From: Candidatus Thalassarchaeaceae archaeon
GTDB lineage: Archaea > Thermoplasmatota > Poseidoniia > Poseidoniales > Thalassarchaeaceae
Length of the DNA: 56,311 nt
Reading direction: 5' to 3'
Assembly (NCBI GenBank): GCA_030747675.1
Contig: JASLKH010000047.1
Span: 1 to 56,311, forward strand
Below are positions 35,463 through 45,100 of the stretch, one piece after another. The notes beneath the pieces are model-generated. The model searched no databases, was not told where the DNA came from, and worked only from the letters and a program-made list of their open reading frames with translations. How positions within the stretch are numbered: the first letter of the stretch is position 1; every line of letters starts with the position of its first letter. A program made the position numbers and the translations under genes.

Positions 35463-36800
35463 ATGTTTAAGCGTGTTCTGATTGCTAACCGGGGTGAAAT
35501 CGCCTTACGCATCAGTCGTGCATTACGAGAACTTGGAGTAGAGGTTTGCATCATTCATGGACGAGAAGATCGCCTTTCATTACCTGTAAGGCTAAGCGAC
35601 CGAGCAATTCCACTTTACAGATCTAACCCATTGGATTCTTATCTTGATTATGAAGCAGTCATTCAAGCGGCTATTGATATAGGTGCTGAGGCAATTCATC
35701 CGGGTTACGGTTTTTTAGCTGAAAATTCGCATTTTGCTAAGCGATGTGAGGAAGAGGGAATAACATTTATCGGACCCAGTGCTGAAGTGATTAGTTTACT
35801 TGGCGATAAAATCGAAGCACGGAAAGCAATGGAGTCAGCAGGGCTTCCAGTAGCAAGGGGGAGTGAATCTGCGATTTCTGATACTGAAACGGCTAGCAAA
35901 TTAGCTGAAAAAATTGGGTATCCAGTAATTATCAAAGCGGCTGCAGGTGGAGGGGGTATTGGAATGCAGATTGTGAATGAAGAAAGTGTATTTGAGTCTG
36001 CTCTAAATCTCTGCCAATCAAGAGCGAAATCAGCTTTTGGTGATTCCCGAGTATTCGTTGAAAAATACATTGAAGGGGCGCAACATGTTGAATTTCAGGT
36101 GCTAGCAGATGGAACTAATGCAATCCATTTCGGTGAACGGTTCTGTTCAATCCAACGCCGTCATCAAAAATTGGTAGAAGAAGGCCCTTGGCTCACCCCT
36201 GAAGTGCGTGAAGAAATTGGTAATCGAGTATGTGAAGGTGCAATTTCCGTTGGCTACAAAGGATTAGCAACCTTTGAATTCCTTAGAGACAAGCATGGTG
36301 ATTTTTACTTCTTGGAAGTAAATCCACGTGTTCAAGTAGAACACACGGTAACAGAAATGATTACCGGCCACGATCTTGTAAAATTGGGAATTCGTATAGC
36401 GGCAGGTGAAAAATTACCATTAACTCAATCACAAATTATTTTTTCAGGACATGCAATTCAATGCCGATTGAATGCTGAAGACCCCATAAAATTCGTTCCT
36501 TCTCCTGGTAAATTATGGGATTGTCATTTCCCTGGTGGGAATGGGGTGCGTGTAGATACACATGCTCATATTGGATATGAGATGCCAGGATGTTTCGATT
36601 CTCTCTTGGCGAAATTAGTTGTTCTTGGAGTTGATAGAAATGAAGCAATATCTAAGATGAAAGCAGCACTGAAAGAAACAACACTAATTGGTGTTGAAAC
36701 AGTCATTCCTTTGCACCAAGCAATTATGGATGAGCCAGATTTCATTGCACGTGATATTACAATACAATATTTAGAGAAGCATCATAATTTGTTGGGTTGA
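35463..36800 (+). CDS. Biotin carboxylase (subunit of an acyl-CoA or pyruvate carboxylase)
   Basis: Motifs: MFKRVLIANRGEIALRI, GYPVIIKAAAGGGGIGM and EVNPRVQVEHTVTE. No BCCP or carboxyltransferase gene is adjacent. Confidence 0.9.
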   Translation: MFKRVLIANRGEIALRISRALRELGVEVCIIHGREDRLSLPVRLSDRAIPLYRSNPLDSYLDYEAVIQAAIDIGAEAIHPGYGFLAENSHFAKRCEEEGITFIGPSAEVISLLGDKIEARKAMESAGLPVARGSESAISDTETASKLAEKIGYPVIIKAAAGGGGIGMQIVNEESVFESALNLCQSRAKSAFGDSRVFVEKYIEGAQHVEFQVLADGTNAIHFGERFCSIQRRHQKLVEEGPWLTPEVREEIGNRVCEGAISVGYKGLATFEFLRDKHGDFYFLEVNPRVQVEHTVTEMITGHDLVKLGIRIAAGEKLPLTQSQIIFSGHAIQCRLNAEDPIKFVPSPGKLWDCHFPGGNGVRVDTHAHIGYEMPGCFDSLLAKLVVLGVDRNEAISKMKAALKETTLIGVETVIPLHQAIMDEPDFIARDITIQYLEKHHNLLG

Positions 36801-36804
36801 TATC

Positions 36805-37779
36805 ATGGACATTGTTGTTGTTGGGAGTCTTGCATATGATGATCTTGAAACTGAGTCAGGTCATGTTGAAGATTCTCTTGGAGGTTCAGGTACATTTGCC
36901 GGTTTAGCAGCGGCTTTCCATGCAAGCCGTCGACAAGATAGTGGTGGGACATTACCAGTTGGTCTTGTCTGCGCAATTGGCGATGATTTTAATCCTGATG
37001 ATTTGGAATTATTGAGGAAAGCAGGTCTCAATCTATCAGGTATTGAACAGATTGATGGTAGTCGAACTTTTAGGTGGAAAGGTCGTTATGAAGGAGATAT
37101 GTCTCAAGCGATTACGCTAGAAACTCAACAAAATGTATTAGAAGATTACAATCCAAAAATTCCAGCATCTTGGTGGTCTCCAAGGATACTTTTTCTTGCT
37201 AACAATCACCCCTCAATACAGGCGCATGTCCTTGATCAATGTGAAGGTGCTAAATTCAGTGCATTAGATTCAATGAATCTATGGGTTAATATTGCATTTG
37301 AGTCTTTATCAGATGTGTTGAGGAGGGTTGATTTGGCTATATTGAATGATATGGAAGTTCGAATGATAGCCAAGGATGAGAATCTAATCAGGGCTGCTCA
37401 GTCCATTCGTTCAGGAAAATGTCTTACTGGTGGTAGTGATGTAGGTAAGGGCCCAGATATCCTTGTTGTTAAGAAAGGTGAACACGGTAGTGTAACAATA
37501 ACAGAAAAGGGTATGATTACATTGCCTGCTTTTCCAACAGAAGCAGTAATTGATCCAACAGGTTGTGGAGATACATTTGCAGGAACACTTCTGACACATT
37601 TATCTGAATCGGCATCAATTCAACCCACGCAACATGAACTTCATTCAGCTCTTGTTCATGCCACAGTAACAGCATCCTTCACCTTGTCTGCATTCGGGAC
37701 AGAAGGGTTGGTAAATTTGGATCGTGGCGATTATCACGCGCGTTTGGATTCGTTTCGGCGAATGGTAGGTTTGCTTTAA
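36805..37779 (+). CDS. PfkB-family carbohydrate/nucleoside kinase
   Basis: 324 aa. N-terminal GGSGTFAG-like motif and C-terminal DPTGCGDTFAG anion-hole motif. Confidence 0.8.
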   Translation: MDIVVVGSLAYDDLETESGHVEDSLGGSGTFAGLAAAFHASRRQDSGGTLPVGLVCAIGDDFNPDDLELLRKAGLNLSGIEQIDGSRTFRWKGRYEGDMSQAITLETQQNVLEDYNPKIPASWWSPRILFLANNHPSIQAHVLDQCEGAKFSALDSMNLWVNIAFESLSDVLRRVDLAILNDMEVRMIAKDENLIRAAQSIRSGKCLTGGSDVGKGPDILVVKKGEHGSVTITEKGMITLPAFPTEAVIDPTGCGDTFAGTLLTHLSESASIQPTQHELHSALVHATVTASFTLSAFGTEGLVNLDRGDYHARLDSFRRMVGLL

Positions 37780-39642
37780 TCATCCTAGCCTAGATATTCC
37801 ATGATGGCCGGGACTCTCCTTTTGAGGGGATGTACTGGTCATGTTTGAGAACGACAAATTTTCGTCTGCAGCTTTAAGCAAATTTGCGATAGGCCCAAGA
37901 TCCCCACTAGCAGATAATCTTTCAATTAAATCACCGGCTGCATCTTCAGCAAGGTCGCCACCTGAAGATTGTGATAATGAAATGATTCTCTCCGCGAGTT
38001 CTGCCTGGTGGTCTTGGTCTGCCCGTAGCCTAAGAATTTGCCCACTTCTTAGTGAATAGTCTCGGAATTCCCCATCAGCAAATCCATCTGAATCCCCATA
38101 TATTGTAGCATAATCATCATTATTGATTTGTACAGGACGTTCCTTTTTTCCCATTTTCGAAGAATCAATTGATTTTAGCATGTTCAAACTTCTCCTTGCA
38201 ATTCTGGCTAACCTTCCTTCTTTAGGTGCTGAATTGTTTCTTAAGCGAGATTGTGGCGATGATTTCAACATTGCACTTAATGCAGGGAAAGCTGCAAGCG
38301 CCTCATTTTTTTGTAGACATTCTTCTGATATTTCGGATTGAATTGATCGTGGATAATCCCTTGCGCGGGCAGAAGCAACCAATCCTGGTGTACATTCTTC
38401 ACGTAGGGCATGAAGTGTTGGTTCCGGTAGTGTTCTTGTCAATGACATTGAGTCGGTGGCTTGTCGAATAGCTTCACCAGACCAAACTGGGCTAGATTCT
38501 GGCAAGGGTGTAGGCTCAGGCAGAATGGGGGTAGAAATTTCATTTGTCATTGGTGGTGTATCGAATAAATTACCAAATATGCCAGATTCGCCTTGCGAGG
38601 CCGAATCATCAAACATAGATCCGGCAAATGAAACACCAGCATCTTTTGCATCACTAAGTGCTGATTGAATTCTTGTTTCATTTCCACGTTCTTGATACCA
38701 TTCTGGTTCATTTCTTCCCCATGCGCGGAGATATGCAGAATCAATCTCTTTCTCAACAGGTTTTTCTCGCTGTTCCCATGGTTGTTCCCATGGTTTTATA
38801 TTTTCATTTGGAGATGGTGAAGATGTTGCAATATTGCCCCATTCAGGTGTACTTTCTCTGGTTTCTTGAAGTGAAGTGCGCGCTCTATCGAGTAGACTGC
38901 GCCCAGCTCTATCTGCCGAATTATCAGATCCAAATGCCTCAGTTGCCATTGCTGGCTCTAATAGTGTTGGAGGTTGAGGTTCAGGGATATTGTCTTCACG
39001 TCCATTGTACATATTAGCTAGAGCCCGTTCTAGATCGGCTTCATCAAAAACATCTGGTTCCGGGAGTAATTCAGCTTCTTCAACAATTTCGTTGTTAATC
39101 AAAGCGGCTTCCAATTGGACACTTTCAAGAGGGCGAACGGTTGGATAGTTTGAATGCCGATGCAACTCTTCCAAACCCTCACGAGCCTCTTCAATAGTTT
39201 TACCATCACACAAACGATTGATCATCATTTGTGCACGTAGTAAGAGGCTATCTCCTCCGTGTAAAATATGTCTGTCACCAGCCTTTGTATCGATGCATAG
39301 TGTGGGTCTGCGACCAACCAGCCACGTGAAAATTGTGATGGTCCCAAAAGCCAAGGCATACAATTGAATCGATCCAGAAAGAACTCTTGCAGCTAATAGA
39401 ATAGTGATTACACCCAACCAAGTAATACTTGGGGGCATCATTGGGATATGATGATGACGAACTCGTTGTATTGAATTTATTTCAATTCGTAACCCTTTTC
39501 CATCTCTTCTCTCAAAAAGGAGAGTACTTTCGTCAAGAACACCTTTGATTTTTCCATCCATACCTGCCAGCCTGAGCGGTGCGAGGATTTCATGTCCACG
39601 CTGCTCCGGCTGAACCCCCAAGGGTCCATCCTGTCGAGTCAT
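37780..39642 (-). CDS. Hypothetical membrane protein with a long acidic/Pro-rich, low-complexity C-terminal region
   Basis: 620 aa. The N-terminal roughly 130 aa have two hydrophobic helices (ITWLGVITILLAARVL, LYALAFGTITIFTWLV) flanked by small beta-rich segments. The remainder is compositionally biased (E/P/S). Confidence 0.5.
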   Translation of the reverse strand: MTRQDGPLGVQPEQRGHEILAPLRLAGMDGKIKGVLDESTLLFERRDGKGLRIEINSIQRVRHHHIPMMPPSITWLGVITILLAARVLSGSIQLYALAFGTITIFTWLVGRRPTLCIDTKAGDRHILHGGDSLLLRAQMMINRLCDGKTIEEAREGLEELHRHSNYPTVRPLESVQLEAALINNEIVEEAELLPEPDVFDEADLERALANMYNGREDNIPEPQPPTLLEPAMATEAFGSDNSADRAGRSLLDRARTSLQETRESTPEWGNIATSSPSPNENIKPWEQPWEQREKPVEKEIDSAYLRAWGRNEPEWYQERGNETRIQSALSDAKDAGVSFAGSMFDDSASQGESGIFGNLFDTPPMTNEISTPILPEPTPLPESSPVWSGEAIRQATDSMSLTRTLPEPTLHALREECTPGLVASARARDYPRSIQSEISEECLQKNEALAAFPALSAMLKSSPQSRLRNNSAPKEGRLARIARRSLNMLKSIDSSKMGKKERPVQINNDDYATIYGDSDGFADGEFRDYSLRSGQILRLRADQDHQAELAERIISLSQSSGGDLAEDAAGDLIERLSASGDLGPIANLLKAADENLSFSNMTSTSPQKESPGHHGISRLG

Positions 39643-39699
39643 CCCAAACCACTCAGCGACACTTGGTGCTTATACAGTTTATCGGAGAGAATCACCATT

Positions 39700-39721
39700 G
39701 CACCCCTAATTTTGGGGGTGC
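39700..39721 (-). other. GC-clamped hairpin after a stop codon (GCACCCC-loop-GGGGTGC)
   Basis: A 7-bp stem with an 8-nt AT loop lies between the stop at 39736 and the next start at 39642 on the minus strand. Confidence 0.35.
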
Positions 39722-39735
39722 CGTAAATAGCCACT

Positions 39736-40737
39736 CTATTCTTGTTGCAGGTTATCAGCAACACCCATAATTCGCATATTCCCCGCATCAAGTTGTACAA
39801 TGATTAATGGTTCAGGATCTAATTTTCGAATCCATAGGGGTTGTTCCCATTCTACCATCAATTTATTTTCATTAGCTGATACTATTCGCCCTACAATAAA
39901 TTGTAAATCGACAGCACCATGAATTACATCACCTTTTTCCAACTTCCTCTTTTGAAAAGGAGCTAGAGTGAGACAAAATGATGAGTTGTTATGTTTTTCC
40001 AACGCTTCCGAATCATTATGTGTCAAAATACATCCTCTATGCAATGCTTCCTCACGAAGGTTGCGCAAGGCCACACCAACTCTATCACCAGTTTTGCTTT
40101 GATTTACATCATCATCCATGACTTGAAGACTGCGTGCAATTCCGTTTTCCTTAACTGGTAGGACCACTATTTCATCATGCTTAGAGATTGTTCCAGATTG
40201 GACATAGCCAATTGCAACTAATCCAACTCCTTTTACATTGAAATGTTGGTCAACTGGAATAACCAATGGTGAACTTTCATCAATTTCTCTTTCGGAAGAT
40301 AGGAGGTCCATCAATTCAAAAAGAGATGTACGGAGTTCATGTTCATCGGGTTTTGAATCGTGTATTGTCCAGTTGTCAAGTTTTGCTTGATTCAATATTA
40401 GTTTAACTTGTTCAGAATCAACCCAACCTCCTTCTTCAGGAGAAATAATGACATGTCCGTGTTGGATTCCAGCAGATCCGAATGCGACTAAAATTTCGCC
40501 TAATGCAGCATCTACTTTCGTGATTTCAACGATGCCTGCCTTTGCGACATTAAGGACGCTAAGCAGTGGCCGTAACCTCTCAGGATGTCGGAGCGGCCTG
40601 ATGAAAGAAAGTATGTGTGCATCATCATCTTTTGTTTCTTTATGAACAAAAGATTCAACATCCCTTACATCTCCTTTTTTACCGAGTGATTTAGCAAATT
40701 CTTCTGAACCGATGAAGGCAACGTTTAGCACGGGCAT
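39736..40737 (-). CDS. EF-Tu/SelB-like translation-factor homologue with a degenerate G domain
   Basis: 333 aa. An EF-Tu domain II-like barrel is present (VKGVGLVAIGYVQSGTISKHDEIVVLP...GDRVGVALRNL). The N-terminal region has G-domain topology but lacks a P-loop: NVAFIGSEEFAKSLGKKG replaces GHVDHGKS/T. No DxxG is present, and TKVD stands in place of NKxD. Confidence 0.6.
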   Translation of the reverse strand: MPVLNVAFIGSEEFAKSLGKKGDVRDVESFVHKETKDDDAHILSFIRPLRHPERLRPLLSVLNVAKAGIVEITKVDAALGEILVAFGSAGIQHGHVIISPEEGGWVDSEQVKLILNQAKLDNWTIHDSKPDEHELRTSLFELMDLLSSEREIDESSPLVIPVDQHFNVKGVGLVAIGYVQSGTISKHDEIVVLPVKENGIARSLQVMDDDVNQSKTGDRVGVALRNLREEALHRGCILTHNDSEALEKHNNSSFCLTLAPFQKRKLEKGDVIHGAVDLQFIVGRIVSANENKLMVEWEQPLWIRKLDPEPLIIVQLDAGNMRIMGVADNLQQE

Positions 40738-40773
40738 GAACCTTCGACCTACATGTCATTGTTCAATGCAACG

Positions 40774-41235
40774 CTAATGGTTCGATGATTGCATGGCTTC
40801 CCGGGCAATTTTCGCCTTCATCCACATTTCTTTCGCTTCTTCAGTTTCGGGATTGAATTGTGGAATTGGAATAGGGCGCATTTGAGAATCGATTGCAACC
40901 ATAAAGAAGAATCCAGAGCAAATCTCTTCACGCTCCCATTCACTGCGGTTCAATCTTTTTGCAACAACATGGATCCCAGCAGTATGTGTGCTAGTGTGGA
41001 CAATAACAGCGGTTGTTTCAATTAAATCTCCTTGATAAGCAGGTCGCTTAAATTTCAATGCATCTACAGATACTGTGACAAATTCACGATGAGCAAATTT
41101 ACTGGCCATCATTCCTGCGGCAGTGTCCATGATGCTCATCAATCTACCTCCAAAAAGAGTATTGTAGGCATTTGTATGCTGTGGAAAGACCTCATCCATT
41201 TTTGTAACGGCTTCAGTTGAATAGGGTTTAGTCAT
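40774..41235 (-). CDS. Acyl-CoA thioesterase (hotdog fold, YciA-like)
   Basis: 153 aa. Motif: PQHTNAYNTLFGGRLMSIMDTAAG. Confidence 0.8.
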   Translation of the reverse strand: MTKPYSTEAVTKMDEVFPQHTNAYNTLFGGRLMSIMDTAAGMMASKFAHREFVTVSVDALKFKRPAYQGDLIETTAVIVHTSTHTAGIHVVAKRLNRSEWEREEICSGFFFMVAIDSQMRPIPIPQFNPETEEAKEMWMKAKIAREAMQSSNH

Positions 41236-41335
41236 GATTGCTCACTAGTAGCCTCTGACACGCCCTCCTTCTTGAGCATGTCAGTTCTTGGGGGCTAACC
41301 AACCACATTATGACGGTTAAGTTACAGCCGCCGAC

Positions 41336-42004
41336 ATGGGCGCCTCTCCAACATGTGTCGCACTGGTCTCAGGGGGCATTGATTCTCCTGTGGCGGTGGC
41401 TAAGATGGTACGGTCCGGTTGGAAGATTATCCCTTTGCATTGTTCTCATGAACCGATAACTGGTTCCGAAGCAGAAGATAAAACAGTGGCAAGTTTATCA
41501 CATCTTAGAAATTCACTAGATCAAGATGGTACCCTCATAGATTCAGAACTTCGAGTAGTATCTGTAGGAGAAACATTAGCACGATTTACAGAGGAAGAAT
41601 CACATCGAGATTATTTCGTTCATATGAAACGATTGTTCAACTCTATTGCAAGTAATCTTGCTCAGAATGTTGGAGCTACAGCAATATTGACTGGTGAGAA
41701 TTTGGGTCAAGTAAGTAGCCAAACCTTGGGAAATTTGGGAGCTGTTGAAGAGGCAAGTTCACTCCGAATTCTTCGACCCTTATTGGGGTTAGACAAACAG
41801 GCAATTATTGATGAAGCAAGAGATATTGGAACTTACAAAATTTCATCAGGCCCAGAAGTTTGTGATGCATTAGGACCCCCTCGCCCTACAACAGTAGCAG
41901 ATTTGGTTAGATTACGCAATAATGAAGCTGTTTTGGGCGGTATTGAATCTCTCGCCAACCATTGTTTTTCAACTTTGAGAACACGAGAATTGTCTGCTGA
42001 ATGA
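41336..42004 (+). CDS. ThiI-like PP-loop ATP pyrophosphatase domain protein (no THUMP domain)
   Basis: 222 aa. Motifs: VALVSGGIDSPVA (SGGxDS), LTGENLGQVSSQTL and LRPLLGLDKQAIIDEA. Confidence 0.7.
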   Translation: MGASPTCVALVSGGIDSPVAVAKMVRSGWKIIPLHCSHEPITGSEAEDKTVASLSHLRNSLDQDGTLIDSELRVVSVGETLARFTEEESHRDYFVHMKRLFNSIASNLAQNVGATAILTGENLGQVSSQTLGNLGAVEEASSLRILRPLLGLDKQAIIDEARDIGTYKISSGPEVCDALGPPRPTTVADLVRLRNNEAVLGGIESLANHCFSTLRTRELSAE

Positions 42005-42110
42005 TTTGATTATGGATTTGTGTCGATAATCGCCGAATCATCGCAGTTATATGCGGTCTTTGATTCGCAGAGGCGGAACCACTACGTGGTTCAATTGGAT
42101 GTTGATTGAC

Positions 42111-45100
42111 ATGGGTAGTCGAAAGAGATTTTTATGTATAGCAATGATTTGTATGATGTTATTTTCTACAACTGTTGTTCACGCAGCAACAATTAGCACA
42201 TTTTCTAGTGGAAATAGTGAAGTTACTGTTGAGTTACGGGATCAAGGAATTTGGGGAGACGACCTCACTGCTGGCATTAAACTTCCAGCAGGAGAAACCG
42301 TTAATTCTGCGGGTCTTATTTTAGGTACAGATTATGCTGAACAAGCCTCCGTGGATGTTTTGGATGCTTCAGTAATGGACCATATTTGGAACCCTGCTTA
42401 CAATACTGGTTTGACACAATATTCTGCAAATGGTGATTTCACAATAGATGAAGATTACATAAAAATGACTAGTTTAGGTTACAATGCAGATTTCGAGGGT
42501 ACAGACAACACACGTGGTTGGACCACAGGACCAGATCAAGGTTTCATGACTAATTGGGGCCATGGTATTGAAACTGATATCCCAGCAATTTCTGCTGGAT
42601 GTGCAGTTGGAGATTGGTGTTGGGGAACTGATTTTGACGGTGCAGATTACACTATGTTCGTCCCCGACTCTTCTCGTTTTGAATACACGTTGACCAGTGA
42701 ATCGTTCTATGTCACCCCTGGGAAATCAGATCTTTTGTTCAATTCATTCCATTCATTATTTTTCAGAAGTAGTGGTTCATCATCATCATATTATTATGAT
42801 GATTGTGCGTATGTTGCAGTGATGAATTCGACCAATAATCAAGATTGGAATACTGCATCATACGTTCCTTTCGATGTATCTGGTTCCACTGGAATTTCTC
42901 CAAGTAATGGGATGTATGTTGTCGGCACTGCTGTGAATCAGGTGCCCTCAAACCAATGCGATTATCTTGGTAGTAACGGCCCTCAATCTGGCGATTATGT
43001 TTTAGCCGGAAATGGTTCGACGAATGCAAATTCAGCCAATGGTGGCTGGTCTAATCTTAAGGCAAGTCTTGGGGCCCATGCCGGACGTTATGTAAAGTTA
43101 CTTTTCGTCATGGAAGCGAATCAACGTAATGGTGCACTTCCTGCTGAAATGATGAACGCTGGTTGGTATGTCGATGGAGTCCGAGTAGGTGACCCTCTTC
43201 CTGCTCAAGGGCATGTGACTATGTCGTCATTTGCACCGCAAGCTAGCGCACAACCTGATTTCCCGGATGGGTATGGGTTATTGCAATTAGATCTTGAGAA
43301 ACCAGCATCAGCAGCGTTTGGAGTTGATATTTTAGATGCTGGCTCCGGAAACGTCGTCATCGATCGTCATGGTAATTCTCTTACCAATTTACAAGGCTCT
43401 TTGATTGAGTTATGGGATATTAATGCAGACACATATCCTTTAATTGATTTGAAATTTTCATTTGGCTCAGGGCCATCTAGAATTGCAACACCCATACTGC
43501 ATGGCCTATCTCTTGGGACTAGAATTGGGACGACTTTCAATAATACTGGCTCAATTGATATTATGGGTGGAATGATTGGGGATGGAAAATGGACCTCTAG
43601 TATGACTGAGGAATCAGGTGTAATGATATCATCATCGATTAATGATGCAAGTTTTGGTTCAGGAATCAGACGCAATGTCCTATCAATGCCTATTGTGGCA
43701 ATTAAGCCAGTTATTTCGGATGCTTGTGGGGGTCCAAATGAAATTACCATTATGAGTTTGAATAGTGACCAATTACCGGTTTCCGCCGTAAATGGAGTAT
43801 GGTCAGATCTGAGTACGCCCACTTTTGGATTTGCAATGATGTCAAATTATACAACAAGCAATCTTTGTGATGTATACTCAATTCATGCAGATTTACGATT
43901 TGCACATCACTCAGAGGGCATTTCCCTCGATGTAGGAGCAGACGGTGACATTGATTGGGCCATGAATGACCCTGCTTTCGGTCACTTTGGGCGCCAGGAC
44001 ATGTTCCGTACAGGTGTAATAGATGGTGTGAATATGGGTGATGGTGAAAAACAGCTTTCACTTGATATTAGTTTGAATGGGGAAGGTGCTCCATTCCTTT
44101 TGCCTAAGGGTTCCACAGTGTCATATGCAGATGTTAGTTTCGATCAAAATTCAATTGGCTCATTTGATGTATCAATTGTTAGTGGTAATCAAGAAGTAAA
44201 CTTAGGTGAAATGGAAAGTTCGACAGAATACTCTCCAGCACCATTCACAGCATTAACTTCAATTCAAGATGACCTTCAATCACTTTTGGACAACCCTCTT
44301 GTGCCTACGGCAGTTATCGATTCTTATGGAAATGAATGGTATTTATTCAGATTCAAAGTTGATGCTACGCAGAGTTCTACAGCAACATCTGGCGATAGTG
44401 TTAATTTCAGAAATCTGAATATTGTTTATGAGTGGAGCCGAGCATTTAGTGGGGATAATTTTGCACGAGAACTGAACCAGGGAGTTGCTCTTGCTAGCAC
44501 CGGAGGCGTTACGGGTGATGTGATTGTTCCAATGCAAATTGTTGGTGGTTCTGGAGGGGCAATGAAATTACATTCACTTTCGGTATCAACTACAAGTGGT
44601 TATAGTTCCACTCTTGATATTCAGGGATTAGAAGGGATGTATCCAAATGGAGAAATTATTGAAATGATATCAATCCACGATGTTGCTTCTGCAACAGGTC
44701 AATCATTAGCCGGTGCAAGTTTGTTGTTTGAAACATCAAACGGTAACTTGGAATTGCAATGGTCAGCAGCAAATGACACATTTTGGGAACAAAGTGATCC
44801 GGGGGACTATGTTAATTTCATGGCTGCTCAATCACTTTCGATAGATGATACATCGGGTAAAGAATTACGTTGGAGATTCCGAGTCAATCCTGAATGGGAC
44901 GATACTGCAAGTGTTCGTGTTTATGCATCAACAATATCTGATACGGGAGTCAATGGTCTTCCTTCTGGTGCACTAGTTGAACCTGCAAGTGGGAATGCTG
45001 TTGAAAATGATGTAAGCATCACTGATTTCCATTTACTAAATCAGGGTGGCGTTGAACAAAATGACCTTTCCAATGCTTTTTCCAGTAATGCTTTCACATT

